Positions 1-13,790 of a stretch of 64,000 bases of DNA are shown in pieces; the first letter of the stretch is position 1; every line of letters begins with the position of its first letter. Location of the stretch: assembly GCF_009914755.1 (NCBI RefSeq), contig NC_060927.1; one strand, written 5' to 3'. The stretch is from the human T2T-CHM13v2.0 reference genome, Homo sapiens. The translations under genes were made by a program, and so were the position numbers. A model generated the notes under the pieces. That model worked only from the letters and a program-made list of their open reading frames with translations. It was not told the DNA's origin and made no database searches.

Positions 1-866
1 TAAGAATATGGACAGTTTTCTAAAGAAGAGATACATGCAGCCAAGAAGAATATTTTAAAAAGCTCAATATCACTGATCATTAGAAATATGTAAATCAAAA
101 CCACAATGAGATACCATCTCACACACTGTTTAGTAATGGCTATTACTAAAAAGTAAAAAAAAAACAAAACAGATGCTGGTGAGGTTGCAGAGAAAAGGGA
201 ACACTTATACACTGTTGGTGGGAGTGTAAATTAGTTCAACCATTGTGGAAAGCAGTATGGCAATTTCTCAAAGAGTTCAAAGCAGAACTACCATTCAACC
301 CAGTAATCCCATTACTGGGCATATGCCCAGAGGAATATAAATCATTCTACCATAAAGACACATGCATGCAAATGTTTATTGCAGCACTATTCACAATAGC
401 AAAGATATGGAGTCAACCTAACTGCCCTCAAAGACAGATTTGATAAAGAAAATGTGGTACATATACACCATGGAATACTATGCAGCCATAAAAAGAATGA
501 GATCATGTCTTTTATGGGAACATGGGTGGAACTGAAGGCCATTACCCTTAGCAAACTAATACAGCAACAGGAAACCAAATACCACATGTTCTGACTTATA
601 AGTGGGAGCTAAATCATGAGGACTCATGAACACAAAGAAGGGAACAAAAGACACTGGGGCCTCCTTGAAGTGGAGGGCGGGAGAAAGGAAAGGAGCAGCA
701 AAAATAATTTTGGGTAGTAGGTTTAGTATCTTGGTGATGAAATAATCTGTACAACAAACCCCTGTGACACGAGTTTACCTATGTAGCAAATCTGCACATG
801 TACCCCAGAACCTAAAATAAAAGTTAAAAAAATAAAAGAATATAATATAAGATTATAAAAATAAAA
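1..866 (+). mobile_element. LINE-1 3' portion (ORF2 C-terminal remnant + 3'UTR + A-rich tail), old L1PA-type (about L1PA13-16)
   Basis: ORF 243..443 resembles the L1 ORF2 C-terminus ([16 protein letters not shown]); L1 3' end 'acatgtaccccagaacctaaaataaaagttaaaaaaa'. Confidence 0.9.
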
Positions 867-1489
867 GGGGATAGCTGATGGAGCAATGTCCCAAAGAGGC
901 AGGAAGAACTGGGACTGGAAAGCACAGTGTGGTCTGCATGTAGGAGGGACATCTCAGGCAGCTTCATAAACAGAGTCTGTTACAGTGCTGGGGCCAGAGA
1001 TTGCTGAAGAGGGCAGTCCGGATGGGTTCAGATGTAGACATGGGGTAGGGAAGGAGGAGAAAGAAGTTAAGGAAATTCACATTTTGTTGCTTCTATTCTC
1101 TCTGAAATATCAACAAAGGTCATTTCTGGGTGAAAGCACAGAATAGTAGGGTAGAGTTGGAGACTGGATAACAGGGTTGAACATATGTATTTGTTGGTGA
1201 GGTGGACAGAAGATAGTATTGACCAGGGCTCTTCAAGTTCTGGGCATTGTTTGGAGTGAAGCCAAAACTGATAAGTGAAGTCTTCGAGGTAACACTAACA
1301 TATGTGTTGAGCAGTTTGTTTGCAAAAGGAAAGAAGATGGCCTGTGGAATAATTCATATTTGCATGCAAATCCAGAGCAGTGGAAGGAAAAAGGAACAAG
1401 CTTGCAGAGGATGTTTAAAGTGACACATTACGGCATCTAGCTTGGATAGTTCCCAAATGAAACCAGAAGGGGCTAAAATAGAATAAGAC

Positions 1490-2290
1490 ATTTTTGCTTA
1501 AAAATGGCAGATTAAACACAACTTTTATCTCTCCAATTTCCCTAAACTCTACTCAATTGGCAGGAAACGGATTTTTTTAAGGGCATAAGTCAAATGACAA
1601 AGGGAATGGGAGCAGAGACAATGGTAACTACATTTTGGAAGCTGAAAGCAGAAGAACAGTGGCAACTGACTTACTTAGCAAAAACATAAGTCAGGAGTTA
1701 GAGACACCAGGTATCTCTGAAAGGAGGAATGCAAGAAGGACTAAGGATAGAAGACATAATTATCTCTTTGAGAAGCATACAGATGCCCAGCTTCTCTCCC
1801 TAGCCCAAACATAAAACATGAAGTCTATGATCTGGAAATGATGAAGCAGAAGTCTTTCAACTGGAGGACATGCCCATAGATAGAAACGGAGGACATCCCC
1901 TCGGTTGCAAGAATAATTGCCATGACTCTTTTTGTGCCTTTTTGCTAATAAATATGTGAACATTTGGCAGAATTTAACATTGATCGCCAAGCAAAGTATG
2001 GGAAGAGACTTTAATAGCTATAGGTCATGGATATTTGCCAAAATAATCTAAAAGAGGTAAAATGCTCATTATCAATAGATATTGCCTAAAATGGAGAATC
2101 AAGCAGCAATATAATCCCATTAATCAGCAATGTAGATGAAAAGATCAAAAGAGTCAACTGAAGGAATACAGTGAGAATGGGAGGGGAGGGCAGGAGAGGA
2201 GACCAGAAGACTGCTGTCTTTCTAGCATTTCAGATAACTATTTCACTTCTTAAACTATATGTGTATGTATAACTTGGCAAAAATAAAAGT
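1490..2290 (+). mobile_element. Highly diverged old L1M/HAL1-like fragments
   Basis: A-rich degenerate sequence resembling old L1 5' and 3' regions; recognised by eye only. Confidence 0.35.
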
Positions 2291-2639
2291 GACATGCAAA
2301 GATTGGAATGGTAAATAGAAGGGTCCAGTGGAGCACCACGAAGGGGCCTCTGCCCACTCCATGCACTGAGCAGCCTGGCTGACCTCTTTCCTATGCACTA
2401 ACTTGGTAAACACCCACATAACTTGTAAGACAGATGCAACATGAAGTATTCATTTATGGCAGACTAATAGCTGAGACATAAAAAACATGTTCACCCTCTC
2501 AGCATTCACAAATGGCCTGCTACTAACAAGAATGGCACACTTTCTTAGCTTCTCAGTTCAAAGAAGTTTTGTTCTCTGGTGGATGGGAGACAAAATAGCC
2601 TGCAAAGTATGCATAAACTTGGAGAACTGGTTTTCACCC

Positions 2640-2656
2640 TGTGTGTGTGTGTGTGC
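2640..2656. repeat. (TG)n microsatellite
   Basis: tgtgtgtgtgtgtgtg. Confidence 0.9.
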
Positions 2657-2920
2657 ATGCACACGCACAGGCACACATATCCCTTTCACCTACATAAAAA
2701 GAGCTTTGTGCTGGGGAGGAGAAAGAGGAGACAGAATTATACAAAAAGAATAAATTGACAAGTATTGGAACACTCCCCCCACGACATGAGCTCTGATGTG
2801 AAGAGAAAGGGAAGGAGGAAAAAAGGAAACTTTCCCAAGGGAGATGAGGGGTACATAAGAGAAAGGAAGACTTGCAGTCTCAGTTTCCCCCCTGTAGTTG
2901 CTCAGATGGGTCCTGCACCG

Positions 2921-3030
2921 GGGGATGGGAGAGACATCAAATGCCAAGATGTCCACCAAAATCTGAATGACTCAATGTTTGTGAGCCAAGAGGTCCAGGA
3001 GAGGATGGAAGAGGTCAGGGAGAGCAAATA
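2921..3030 (+). repeat. 110-bp local direct repeat, copy 1 (copy 2 at 6565-6674)
   Basis: Ungapped manual alignment, 8 mismatches in 110 bp. Confidence 0.95.
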
Positions 3031-3868
3031 GCTTTTATTGCGATAAGCTTCTGGTAAGGGGAAGCAAGAGGAATGGTGGCATGATGCATTTAGATATGAA
3101 CAGGTCCCAGTTTTTACAGGTCCAAATGTGGCTTGGAGGGCTTCTCTAGCTCATAGTGAGCCACTAGTTGGCTGGTAGTGAGAGCCAACATGGTCCAGGT
3201 CAGGGGAGAGACACCTACCCACTGGGAGGATGAGCTTGGCCTGTCCCCAGAAGTAAGGGAGGAACAAGCCTGACCCCTAGAAGTGAGGGGAGGACAAGAC
3301 TGAAGACTGTAGGATGGAACAGAATGTGCCACTGACGAGAGCTGTCAGAGCTGTGATCTCTGAGAGCACCATGGGCTGCAGGACATCAGTAGCAAACAAC
3401 AACTTGGGTCCCTAAAGCATAGGAGACCTAAAAAGGGACCCACTTCTCTCTCCTTGAGGTGACTATGCAATGAGCAAAATTCTTAGATTATATCAAACAA
3501 GAGAGAGCAAGAGAGAGGAAGTGAAGACTGAGTTCCAAGTCCAATTTGTCATCCCAAATTTTGCTGAGAAGTCAAGACGTGGCACTGCATGCACCAGGGT
3601 CAGGTTATCTTCCAGGGGCCACGCTGGAGTCACCGAATTGGAAATTAAGACAAGCTGAAGAAATTAATAAGGTTCCATTTTGCACACTTGAGTTTTGTAA
3701 ATGGCTGTAACTGGCTATTATTTCTTTTATACTTGTAATACCTTTTGACTTGAGAGGTCACAGAGGCCTGAAAACCTAGTTGTTGTAATAGTTTAAGAGC
3801 TATTGGTTATCGTTCACTGTCATTTACTAAGGGCTAAGTACTTCACACCCAGAACCTCATTTACTTCA

Positions 3869-4250
3869 TAATATGGTTTGGCTGTGTCCCCACCCAAATC
3901 TCATCTCAAATTGTAATCTGAATTGTAATCCCCACATGTCGAGGAAGGGACCTGATTCGTGATTGGATCATGGGGGCGGTTTCCCCTATGATGGTCTTGT
4001 GGTAGTGAGTGAGTTCTCAAGAGATCTGATGGTTTTATAAGTGTTTGACAGTTCCTCCTTCACACTCGCTCTCTGTCTCTCCTGCCGCCACCTGAAGAAG
4101 GTCCTTGCTTCCCATTTGCCTTCTGCCACGATTGTAAGTTTCCTGAGGCCTTCCAGCCATGCAGATGAGTGAGTCAATTAAACCTCTTTTCTTTATAAAC
4201 TACCCAGTTTTGGGTATGTCTTTATAGCAGTGTGAAAATGGACTAATACG
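3869..4250 (+). mobile_element. MaLR solo LTR, THE1D-like, inserted in a MIR remnant
   Basis: Starts 'taatatggtttggctgtgtccccacccaaatctcatc', ends 'gtgtgaaaatggactaatac'; flanks about 3790-3868 and 4251-4440 are MIR-like. Confidence 0.88.
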
Positions 4251-5089
4251 CTTCTCATACACCCAGTGAGGTAGGCCCAATACAGTCTCCATTTTATAGG
4301 CGAAGGAGCTAGAGCTTAAGCAGGTAAGTTAACGGACTAACAGAAGCTTAGGTGAAACAACGTGACTAAAGTAGGTAGTAAGTAGCCAAGCCAGAATTCA
4401 GACTCAGTCTGCACTGATTCCAAAACCTGTGCCGACTTTAAAGAATGATGTGTCCAAACACTGCTTATCCACAGAGCCTGGTTCCCTAGAAAACAGCAAG
4501 TGTCTGGACATCAGGGAATGAGTGCACACATTTGCTTTCTGGAGCATTTGTTAGCAATCCAGAATGGTGCTGTTGAAGCCAGGAAGGTACGGCCAGTGGT
4601 ATGGAATGGCAGCCAGGTGAAAGCCCTTATGTGCAATTTGGTGCTCAAACCTGTTAACAGTAGCAGTATTAAACCAGAGACCCCTGAAAGCCTTCAAGCT
4701 CAAGGCATGCTTTTTCCTGTGATTTTGAAACAGTTGAGGAATTTTCTAACTTTGGAATGTGTTTAACAAATTTCTGTTAAGTGAAGTATTCAGCTCAAGT
4801 TCTTTAAACTTGTGCCAAAGATCTGTCAACTTAGATCACAAGGGATCATAACATTCAAAGCTCTCTGTTCTGGCAAGATTCATCAAGCCCTGTTCATTTT
4901 CCCTGTTAAATTCTTCCACATCTGTCTTCTCTCTCTTCTTTCCCAGATCCCCACGTCGGCTTTCACCTTTATCACTTCCAGCCTAGCTAGCTGCAACAGG
5001 CTCATACCTTCAGCAGGTTCAGATTAAGCTCCACTCTGGGTCAGGAGACAGGCTCATTCTTAAGGACCAGCAAGTCTCCCTTGGGTTCA

Positions 5090-5435
5090 GTGCAGTGATG
5101 TGACCAAGTTCTTGACAAAAACCTGTGAAGGAGGTGATATGGCCACTTCTAGGCCTAGGGCATCAGGCCTGCCTCCTCTGCCTGTCTTCCCTCTTCCAGA
5201 CTGGCTGGAACCCAGATCTGGTGGTGACCAAGTTTCTATAAAGCAGTTGATGAATTTACCAAGGAGGATAGTGGAGCAATGACTTGGAAGGATCAGGGTC
5301 CCTGAATGACCATGAGGAGCAGGTCTCACCTTCTGACTTTTTTATGGGAGAGAAAAAGGAACATCTACATAATTTAAGCAATTGCATTTTGAGAAATCTT
5401 TGTTGTAGACACTTACCTTTACCCTAACCATAACA
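5090..5435 (+). mobile_element. Old MLT1-family MaLR LTR fragment
   Basis: 'atgtgaccaagttctt...gaggtgatatggccacttctaggcc' and 3' end 'ccctaaccataaca' resemble MLT1H/I/J. Confidence 0.5.
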
Positions 5436-5699
5436 GGAATATTTAATTTAAAAAATAGCATCCCAAAATATTCCTGGTGCTACAATTAAAGTGGAAAAAA
5501 ACAGTTTAAGCAAGGCAGAAATTAGGAAAATGGAAGAGGAGGTGGCTGCCTGGCAGAGGGTACTTGAACTGAATCTTGAAAGATGAGTGTTCTCAATTAG
5601 CTCTATTCATATTTCTCATCTACTCATCATTGTTTTGGTTTGCCATTTTTGTCCATGTTACTTCTTTCAGATATAAACTCTTCTCATTCCTACTTTCTC

Positions 5700-6420
5700 T
5701 CTGAAGGCTTTACTGGGCTAACTATTCAAGATGGCTCACTCATATGGCTAGCAGTGGATACTGCTGTTGGCTGGGAACTCATCTGGTCTTATCAACCAGA
5801 TGAGAAGAAGGCCTACAGTTGGCCTCCGCATGTGGCTTGGGCTTCTCACAGAGTTATGGCTGGATTCCAGGAATGAATGCCCAAGAGGACCCTGCAAAAC
5901 TTTATGACTTAGCCTCAAAAGACCTAGAACCTCACTTCCATCACATTTAGTGGTTAAGCAAGTTACTAAGGTTAGCCCAGGGAGAGGAATTAGATGCTAC
6001 ATCTCAATGTGAGGAGCAGCAGTGGATTCAGGGACATAAGGGATTGGCAACAGCCTGCTGGGCGTGGTGGCTCACACCTGTAATCCCAGCACTTTGGGAG
6101 GCCGAGGCTGAAGCGGGTGGATCACAAGTTCAGGAGTTCAAGACTAGCCTGGCTGACATGGTGAAACCCTGTCTCTACTAAAAATACAAAAAAATTAGCT
6201 GAGCATGGTGGAGCATGCCTGTAATCCCAGTTACTTGGGAGGCTGAGGCAGAAGAATTGCTTGAACTGGGGACCTGGGAGATGGAGGTTGCAGTGAGCTG
6301 AGATCATGCCACTGCACTCCAGCCTGGGCTACACAGCGAGACTCCGTCTCAAAAAAAAAAAAAAAAAAAAAAAAAAAGGAATTGGCAACAGCCATCTTTG
6401 GAGACTATCTCACTATACCA
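5700..6420 (-). mobile_element. Old MLT1-family LTR (antisense), interrupted by an Alu
   Basis: 'caagatggctcactcatatggct...gctgttggctggga' and 'cagccatctttggagac' motifs. Confidence 0.55.
6057..6377 (+). mobile_element. AluS, full length
   Basis: Dimeric Alu with poly-A; TSD about 'attggcaacagcc' on both sides. Confidence 0.95.
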
Positions 6421-6564
6421 CATAAGCATGGGGATCTGGAGTTATGATTGGTCCCAAATCGAAGTAGGTGACCGTCTTGCATTTCTTCATCTGCAAATCA
6501 GAGACCCAGGGAGATGATGCTTTTCCTCCTCCCTGTGTCAGTGAGAAGATGCCAATGTTATTCT

Positions 6565-6674
6565 GGGGATGGGAGAGACATCACATGCCAAGATGTCCAC
6601 CAAAATCTGAATGATTCAATGTTTGTGAGCCCAAAGGACCAGGAGAGGATGAAAGAGGTCATGGAAAGCAAATA
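6565..6674 (+). repeat. 110-bp local direct repeat, copy 2 (copy 1 at 2921-3030)
   Basis: About 93% identical to 2921-3030. Confidence 0.95.
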
Positions 6675-6966
6675 TCTCTTAACTGGGGATAAAGGTGTCT
6701 GCTTATCTTTGTTTCTTCTGACAATCACTCACCACCCATCTTTGCCCACCGAATGTGGAGGTTAAGGTCAAGAATTGGAGCAGAGCTAAAATTGAGAAAG
6801 GACGGCATCATGCTAAACTTGGAGAAAGGTTTTCCTTAGCCCCTTTGCCACCTATTCGAGTCAGGCTTAGGACCCAGCATGGCCTCTCTCCTGTGTTGTC
6901 TGTGGCTACAGGAAAAGGAGACCATTCTTCCCCAAGCTACTGCTAGCCACATTGGCCTTTGAACCC

Positions 6967-7490
6967 TATGGTATACTGGATAATGCCCCCCACAAGGTGT
7001 CCATGTATTAATCTGCAGAAACTGTGACTATGTTGTTATATGGCAAATAGGAATTAAGTTTGCAGATGGCATTAAGGTCACTAACTAGCCAACTTTAAAA
7101 TAGGGAGATTATTCTGGATTTTCAGGGCAAGCTGATATAATCAAAAGGTTCCTTAAATGTGAGAGAGAGAAGTAGAAGAAGAGCCAGAGTCAGATAAAAA
7201 GATTGACTATGAAAGCAGGGCTGCAGTGATGCAATTGCTAGCCTTTGAAGATGGCAGGGGGTCATGAACCAAAGAATGCAGTGGATTCTAGAAACTGGAA
7301 AAACTGCAAGAAAACAGATTTTCCTCTTGAGCCTCCAGAAAGGAATGCAGCCTTCCCCACACCTTGATTTCAGCCCAATGAGACCTATTTTGAACTTCTG
7401 AACTACAGATCTGTAAGATACTACATTTATATTATTTTAAGTTGCTCAATTTGTGGTAATTTGTTACAGCAGCAATAGGAAACTAATACA
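6967..7490 (+). mobile_element. MaLR solo LTR, MLT1D-like
   Basis: Ends 'gttacagcagcaataggaaactaataca'; 5-bp TSD aaccc at 6962-6966 and 7491-7495. Confidence 0.85.
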
Positions 7491-7554
7491 AACCCAAAGG
7501 ACTTCAGTAAATAAAATGGGAGTCCCATCACTGGGGAGAGTGGGCCCTCACATC

Positions 7555-7876
7555 TTTTTTTGTTTGTTTGTTTTGTTTTTGTTTTTGTTTTTCTCTCTCC
7601 CAGGCTGGAGTGCAGTGTCGCAATCACAATCACGGTTTCATGGCTCACTGCAGCCTCTGCCTCCTGGGCTCAAGCAACCCTTCCACCTCAGCCTGGGACT
7701 GTAGTAGCTGGGACTACAGGCATGTGCCACCATGCCTGGCTAATTTTTTGTGTTTTCTGTAGAAATGGGGTTTCACTGTGTTGCCCAGGATGGTCTTAAA
7801 CTCCTAGGCTCATGTGATCCACCCGCCTCGCCTCCCAAAGTGCTGGGATTACACGCATGAGCCACCGTGCCAGGCC
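7555..7876 (-). mobile_element. AluJ-type
   Basis: Antisense Alu with T-rich tail. Confidence 0.92.
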
Positions 7877-8318
7877 CCTTAGATCTGTTTTGACAGATAA
7901 CATTCAAGTGCAGGAAATATGTTCTCAGTACCAGTCAGGATGGCTGGAATGAGAGGCAGAGGAGCAGAAGCTGATAGCAGGCCAGGCTGTTCTGCCTAGG
8001 AAAGCACAGAAGAGAGGAGAGGAATGTGAAGAGAGAGCGCCAGTGGCCAGAGGAGGGAATCGAGTGTGTTTTATGAAGCAGAAGACTTCCCCTCTCCACA
8101 AGAGGCGGGGCTGGGAGAAACTGCTATGTTGGGTGGCATAAATTTTTCTGTATTGCACCTTTTAGTAAAACATCCAGCGAAAGCTGCCTTAACTCTACAA
8201 ACTTTTGGAGATGGATTTGTTTGTTCTGAATGGTCTGCTGGGCCAAGTATGGCCTCAGAGCTGCCAGAGTTGCTGATTTAATAAATGTCTCATTTCCTTG
8301 ACTAAAGAATAGATATTA

Positions 8319-8628
8319 GGGCAGGTGCGGTGGCTCACGCCTGTAATCCCAGCACTTTGGGAGGCTGAGGCAGGTAAGTCACCTGAGCTCAAGAGTTCGA
8401 AACCAGCTGGGCCAACATGGTGAAACCCTGTCTCTTCTAAAAATACAAAAAATTAGCCAGGCATGGTGGTGGGCACCTGTAGTCCCAGCTACTCAGGAGG
8501 CTGAGGCAGGAGAACCGCTTGAACCTAGGAGGCGGAGCTTGCAGTGAGCCAAGATTGCGCCATTGCACTCCAGCCTGGGCAACAAAAGTGAAACTCTGTC
8601 TCAAAAAAAAAAAGAAAAAGAAAAAAAG
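8319..8628 (+). mobile_element. AluS
   Basis: Full Alu; TSD about 'aaagaatag'. Confidence 0.95.
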
Positions 8629-8913
8629 AATAGCTACTAAGGCCTGTCTGAGCAGTCCCTGCCCAAAGTCTAAGCAGGAAATTTAGAAAGCCAGAGGGAC
8701 AGAGCAAGCAGGTGGGCAAAGAGGAATCAGAGAAGTGGTCATGCTACACAGTTCAGTTTGCTTGAAATAAGGAGCAGAGTTATCCCTAATTCCTCAAACC
8801 AACAATTTCCAACAACTTAATACTTTGTGCCTTGGGTTTAGAATTCAAAACCCAAAATAAGTTTCTTTACCTCTCAGAACAGTTTCCCCTACCAAGGCTG
8901 ATTAAAAAGATGA

Positions 8914-9538
<625 letters not shown>

Positions 9539-9972
9539 GTTGGTGGCTTTTAAAATGAATGTTCATTATTCCCTCTGCTCTCTACCTGTCTTTACTGAAG
9601 AACACAGGGTGGGGCGGGGGTGGGGCAGGGGAGAAGTGATGCTGTTTCTGCGTCTTCTCAGTTTCCCCACTGTTAGTGACAGAAGACCACCCTCGCCCAG
9701 CATGGAGGACTGCAGCTACTGGAGACAGTTCTGGCTTTGTCCTTGATGAGGGGAAAACAAGGCACTGGTCACAAAATGCTGAGGTGGCAAGTGTTCCCGA
9801 GGCTGCTCCATCTCAGGGCAGCCCGCTTCAAGGGCTTGTCCACTCAATTAGGTGGTAGGCAGACCCTCAGTCTCAGCTGTCAGATGCTCTGCATGAGATG
9901 GAGCTCGATTTCCATCACCCCTCATTTCTCTATGCTTGGCGTCCCCTGCCTTTGGAGATGATTCTTACTTTT

Positions 9973-11743
9973 AAAAAGCTCAAAACAATCCTAAAAGTTA
10001 TATAGAACCACGAAAGCCCCAGAATAGCCAAAGCTATCCTGAGCAAAAAGAACAAAACTAGAGGAATCACATTACCTGACTTCACATTATACTACAGCGC
10101 TATTGTAACCAAAACAGCATGATACTGGTATAAAAACAGACCAGTGGAACAGAATAGAGAACCCAGAAATAAATCCATACATCTACAGTGAACGAATTTT
10201 CCATAAAGATGTCAAGAACATACACTGGGGAAAAGACAGTCCTCAATAAATGATACTGGGAAAACTGGATATCCACATGCAGAAGAATGAAACAAGACCC
10301 CTCTGTCTCGCCATATGCAAAAATCAGAAATTACAGGCGTGAGCCACTGTAAGTCAAATCAAATCAAAATAAATTAAAGACTTAAATCTATGACTTCAAA
10401 CTATGAAACTACTGAAAGAAAACATTGGGAAACTCTCCAGGTCATTGGTCTGGGGAAAGATTTATTAAGTAACACCCCAAAAGCACAGGCAACCAAAGCG
10501 AAATATGGACAAATAGGATCCCATAAAGCTGAAAAGCTTCTCCACAGCCAAGGAAACAATTGGCAAGGTGAAGAGACAACCCACAAAATGGGAGAAAATA
10601 TTTGCAAATTATCCATCTGACAAGAGATTAAAAACTAGAATATATAAGGAGCCCAAACAACTCAATAAAAAAAAATCTAATAATCTAGTTCAAAAATGGG
10701 CAAAAGATCTGAATAGATATTACTCAAAAGAAAACATATAAATGGGAAACATGTATATGAAGAGGTGCTTAATATTATTGATCATCAGAGAAATGCAAAT
10801 CAAAACTACAGTGAGATATCATCTCACCCCAGTAAAAATGGCTTTTATCCAAAAGATAGGCAATAACAAATGCTAGTGAGGATGTGGAGAAAAGGGAAGC
10901 CTTGTACACTGTTGGAGGGGATGTAAATTAGTACAGCCACCATGGAGAACAGAATGGGGTTTCCTCAAAAAACTGAAGGCAAAACTGCTACATGATCCAG
11001 CAATTCCACTACTGGGTATTTGCCCAGAGGAAATGAAATCAGTATGTCAAAGAGATATCTGCACTCTCATGTTTATTGTAGCACTATTCACAATAGCCAA
11101 GATTTGGAAGCAACCTAAGTGCCCATTGGCAAACAAATGGATAAAGAAAATGTTGTGCATATATACAAAGAAGTACTATTCAGTCATAAACAGAATGAGA
11201 TCCTGTCATTTACAACAACATAGATGGAACTGGAAGACATTATGTTAAGTGAAATAAGCTAGACACAGAAAGAAGAACTTTGTCTGTTCTCAATCATTTG
11301 TGGGATCTAATAATTAAAACGATTGAACTCATGGAGATAGAAAACAGAATGATGGATACCAGAGGCCAGGGAGGGCAGTTTTGGCAGTGGGGGGGGTGGG
11401 GGGAGGGGAAGTTGGTCTAAGTGGAAATGATTAATGAGTACAAAAATATAGTTAGATAGAATGAATAAGATCTAGTATTTGATAGCACAACAGAGTGACT
11501 ACAGTCAACAATAATTTATTGTACATTTAAAAATAACTAAAAGAGTATAATTGGAATGTTTGTAACATAAAGAAATGACAAATGCTTGAGGTGATGGATA
11601 CCCCATTTACTCTGGTGTGATTATAACTCATTGTATGAGTAATATCCATCCATCCTATATCGAAATATTTCCATCCTGTATCAAAATGTTTCATGTACCC
11701 CATAAATATATATGCCTATTTTGTACCCACAAAAATTAAAAAT
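9973..11743 (+). mobile_element. LINE-1 3' 1.8 kb, L1MA2/3-like
   Basis: ORF2 remnants ([23 protein letters not shown]), G-rich 3'UTR tract 11388-11408, L1MA-type 3' end. Confidence 0.9.
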
Positions 11744-11744
11744 A

Positions 11745-12045
<301 letters not shown>

Positions 12046-12458
12046 AAAAAAGCCAACAAACAAAAAAACTCAACCCCTAATTTAGACTTAACATTTTTAG
12101 CTAATGCTCTCCTCTGCAATTGTTTAGCTGGTTAAAAGATAATACATTTTTGAAATATGAAAAATGTAAGACAAATTACTTCCTTCTTTGTAGTCTTCAC
12201 ACAAAGTAACCTGTGCTCATGAACTCAATTTTCACAAATTTCACAGCTTCCTGAACCACAGCTAGACTCAATTAAAAATATTGTACGTAGATAGGGGAGA
12301 TGAGGGTTGTGGATTCTTCCCAGCCATCTCTCTATTCTACATCCTCGAATAATTTCTCAAATGCATTATCAAATTCACTGTTTTCATTTCCTTGCCTCTC
12401 ACATTCATTTGCTAATCCATTCCAATCTGGCTTCCATCCCCCTGCTCATTGCACTGCC

Positions 12459-12838
12459 TGTCTTAGTTTGTTTTGTGTTGCTATAACAGAATACATGAAC
12501 TGGGTAATTTATAAAGAAGAGAGATTTATTTTTACAGTTCTGGAGGCTGGGAAGTCCACGGTTCAGGGGCCTGCATCTGGGCCTTCTTGCTGCACATCCC
12601 ACAGTGGAAGGTAAAGGGTGAACAGAGGGTGAGAACAAGAACAAGAGAGAGGCGAGAGAGAGCCAAACCTGCTTTTACAACAAGCCCACTCCTGGGATAA
12701 TGACATTAATTCATTCATTCATGAGAACTTTGCTCTCATACCTTTATCACCTCTTAAAAATCCCACCTCTCAACACTGCTCCATTGGGGATCAAGTTTCC
12801 AACACATGGCCTTTGGGGGACAGGTTCCAATCATAGCA
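12459..12838 (-). mobile_element. MaLR solo LTR, MST-like
   Basis: 'tgtcttagtttgttttgtgttgctataacagaatac...ctgggtaatttataaagaa' to 'ccaatcatagca'. Confidence 0.8.
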
Positions 12839-12839
12839 C

Positions 12840-13620
12840 TGACCATGACTCAGTCACCAAGGACCTGCCTGCTACCATATCTAATGGTTACTTCTCTTTT
12901 TTCAGCTTACCTCACTTCTCAGCAGCATTTCATAGAGTTCTTCTAGAATTCTTCTGGCATTCCTCCTACCTCAATGATGGCTGCTCCTCAGCCTCATTTG
13001 CTGGTTTCTCCTTCTTACCTGACCTATAAGTATTGATTAGCCCCAGAGCTCAGCTCTGTGCCCTCTCCATTTTTCTGTCTATATTGTCTCCATAAGTGAC
13101 CTCATCCAAATTTGTATCTCTTGCTCAACTCCTTCTACCCGAGCTCCAGATTTGCCTTCAGGAATGCCTTTGTGACAACTCTACTTGTGTCCTCAATAAG
13201 TAGCTCAAGCTTAATATGGTTCAAAGTCAAACGGTTTCCCTTGAATCCTGTTTCTCCTCACTATTCCTCACCTTGATAAATGTACTCTTTGCCATTACTA
13301 TAACCACATTCAGTCTCTTCCCTTTTGCTCTCCTTCTCTTTCTAATCCATTAGCAAGTCCCATCTTTTCTATCCAGAAAACATATCCTTAATTCCTCCCA
13401 CTCCCCCACTTCTCCAACTCCATCCTCTCTGTGGAGTGCTTGCCCCTGACTCCCCACTGCACACCACCTAACAACATGCACAGACATATACAGTCATGCA
13501 CACACCTTCTCCCAGTCTCTCTCCTCACTCCATCTTGATTCTCCATCGCTTTGCCTTTATAGCTTTCATACCATTCTGTAATTGCATTATCTACCTCTTG
13601 ACTGACTTCTTGACGTTCCC
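12840..13620 (-). mobile_element. L2 fragments
   Basis: Pyrimidine-rich degenerate L2 antisense motifs ('ctcagcagcattt', 'gctccagatttgcc'). Confidence 0.55.
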
Positions 13621-13625
13621 TCTCC

Positions 13626-13790
13626 CAAAGGCCAGGACTAGGGTGAGTTGAGAATGGCACTTGTCTCAGATGTAAAACTTAAGGGGGTTCCAAAAATACT
13701 CAGTAATCAAGATAAGCAAATTTTAATGCAATATACTAAAAAGTCAAAGTGCAAAAAACTTCCTGATGAGCAAACCAAATTCTAAGATCA
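13626..13790 (+). mobile_element. MER96B-like hAT-Tip100 MITE fragment
   Basis: 'ggccaggactagggtgag...ctcagtaatcaagataa...ttttaatgcaata'; related copy at 41376. Confidence 0.65.

Noticed and set aside
2765-6765. Two ORFs sharing the peptide CQDVHQNLNDSMFVS
   Set aside because: Explained by the 110-bp DNA duplication; most differences change the amino acid; no sign of a gene family
9635-9690. Weak similarity to the flanks of the 2921/6565 repeat (tctcagtttcccc)
   Set aside because: Too short and a common MIR-like motif
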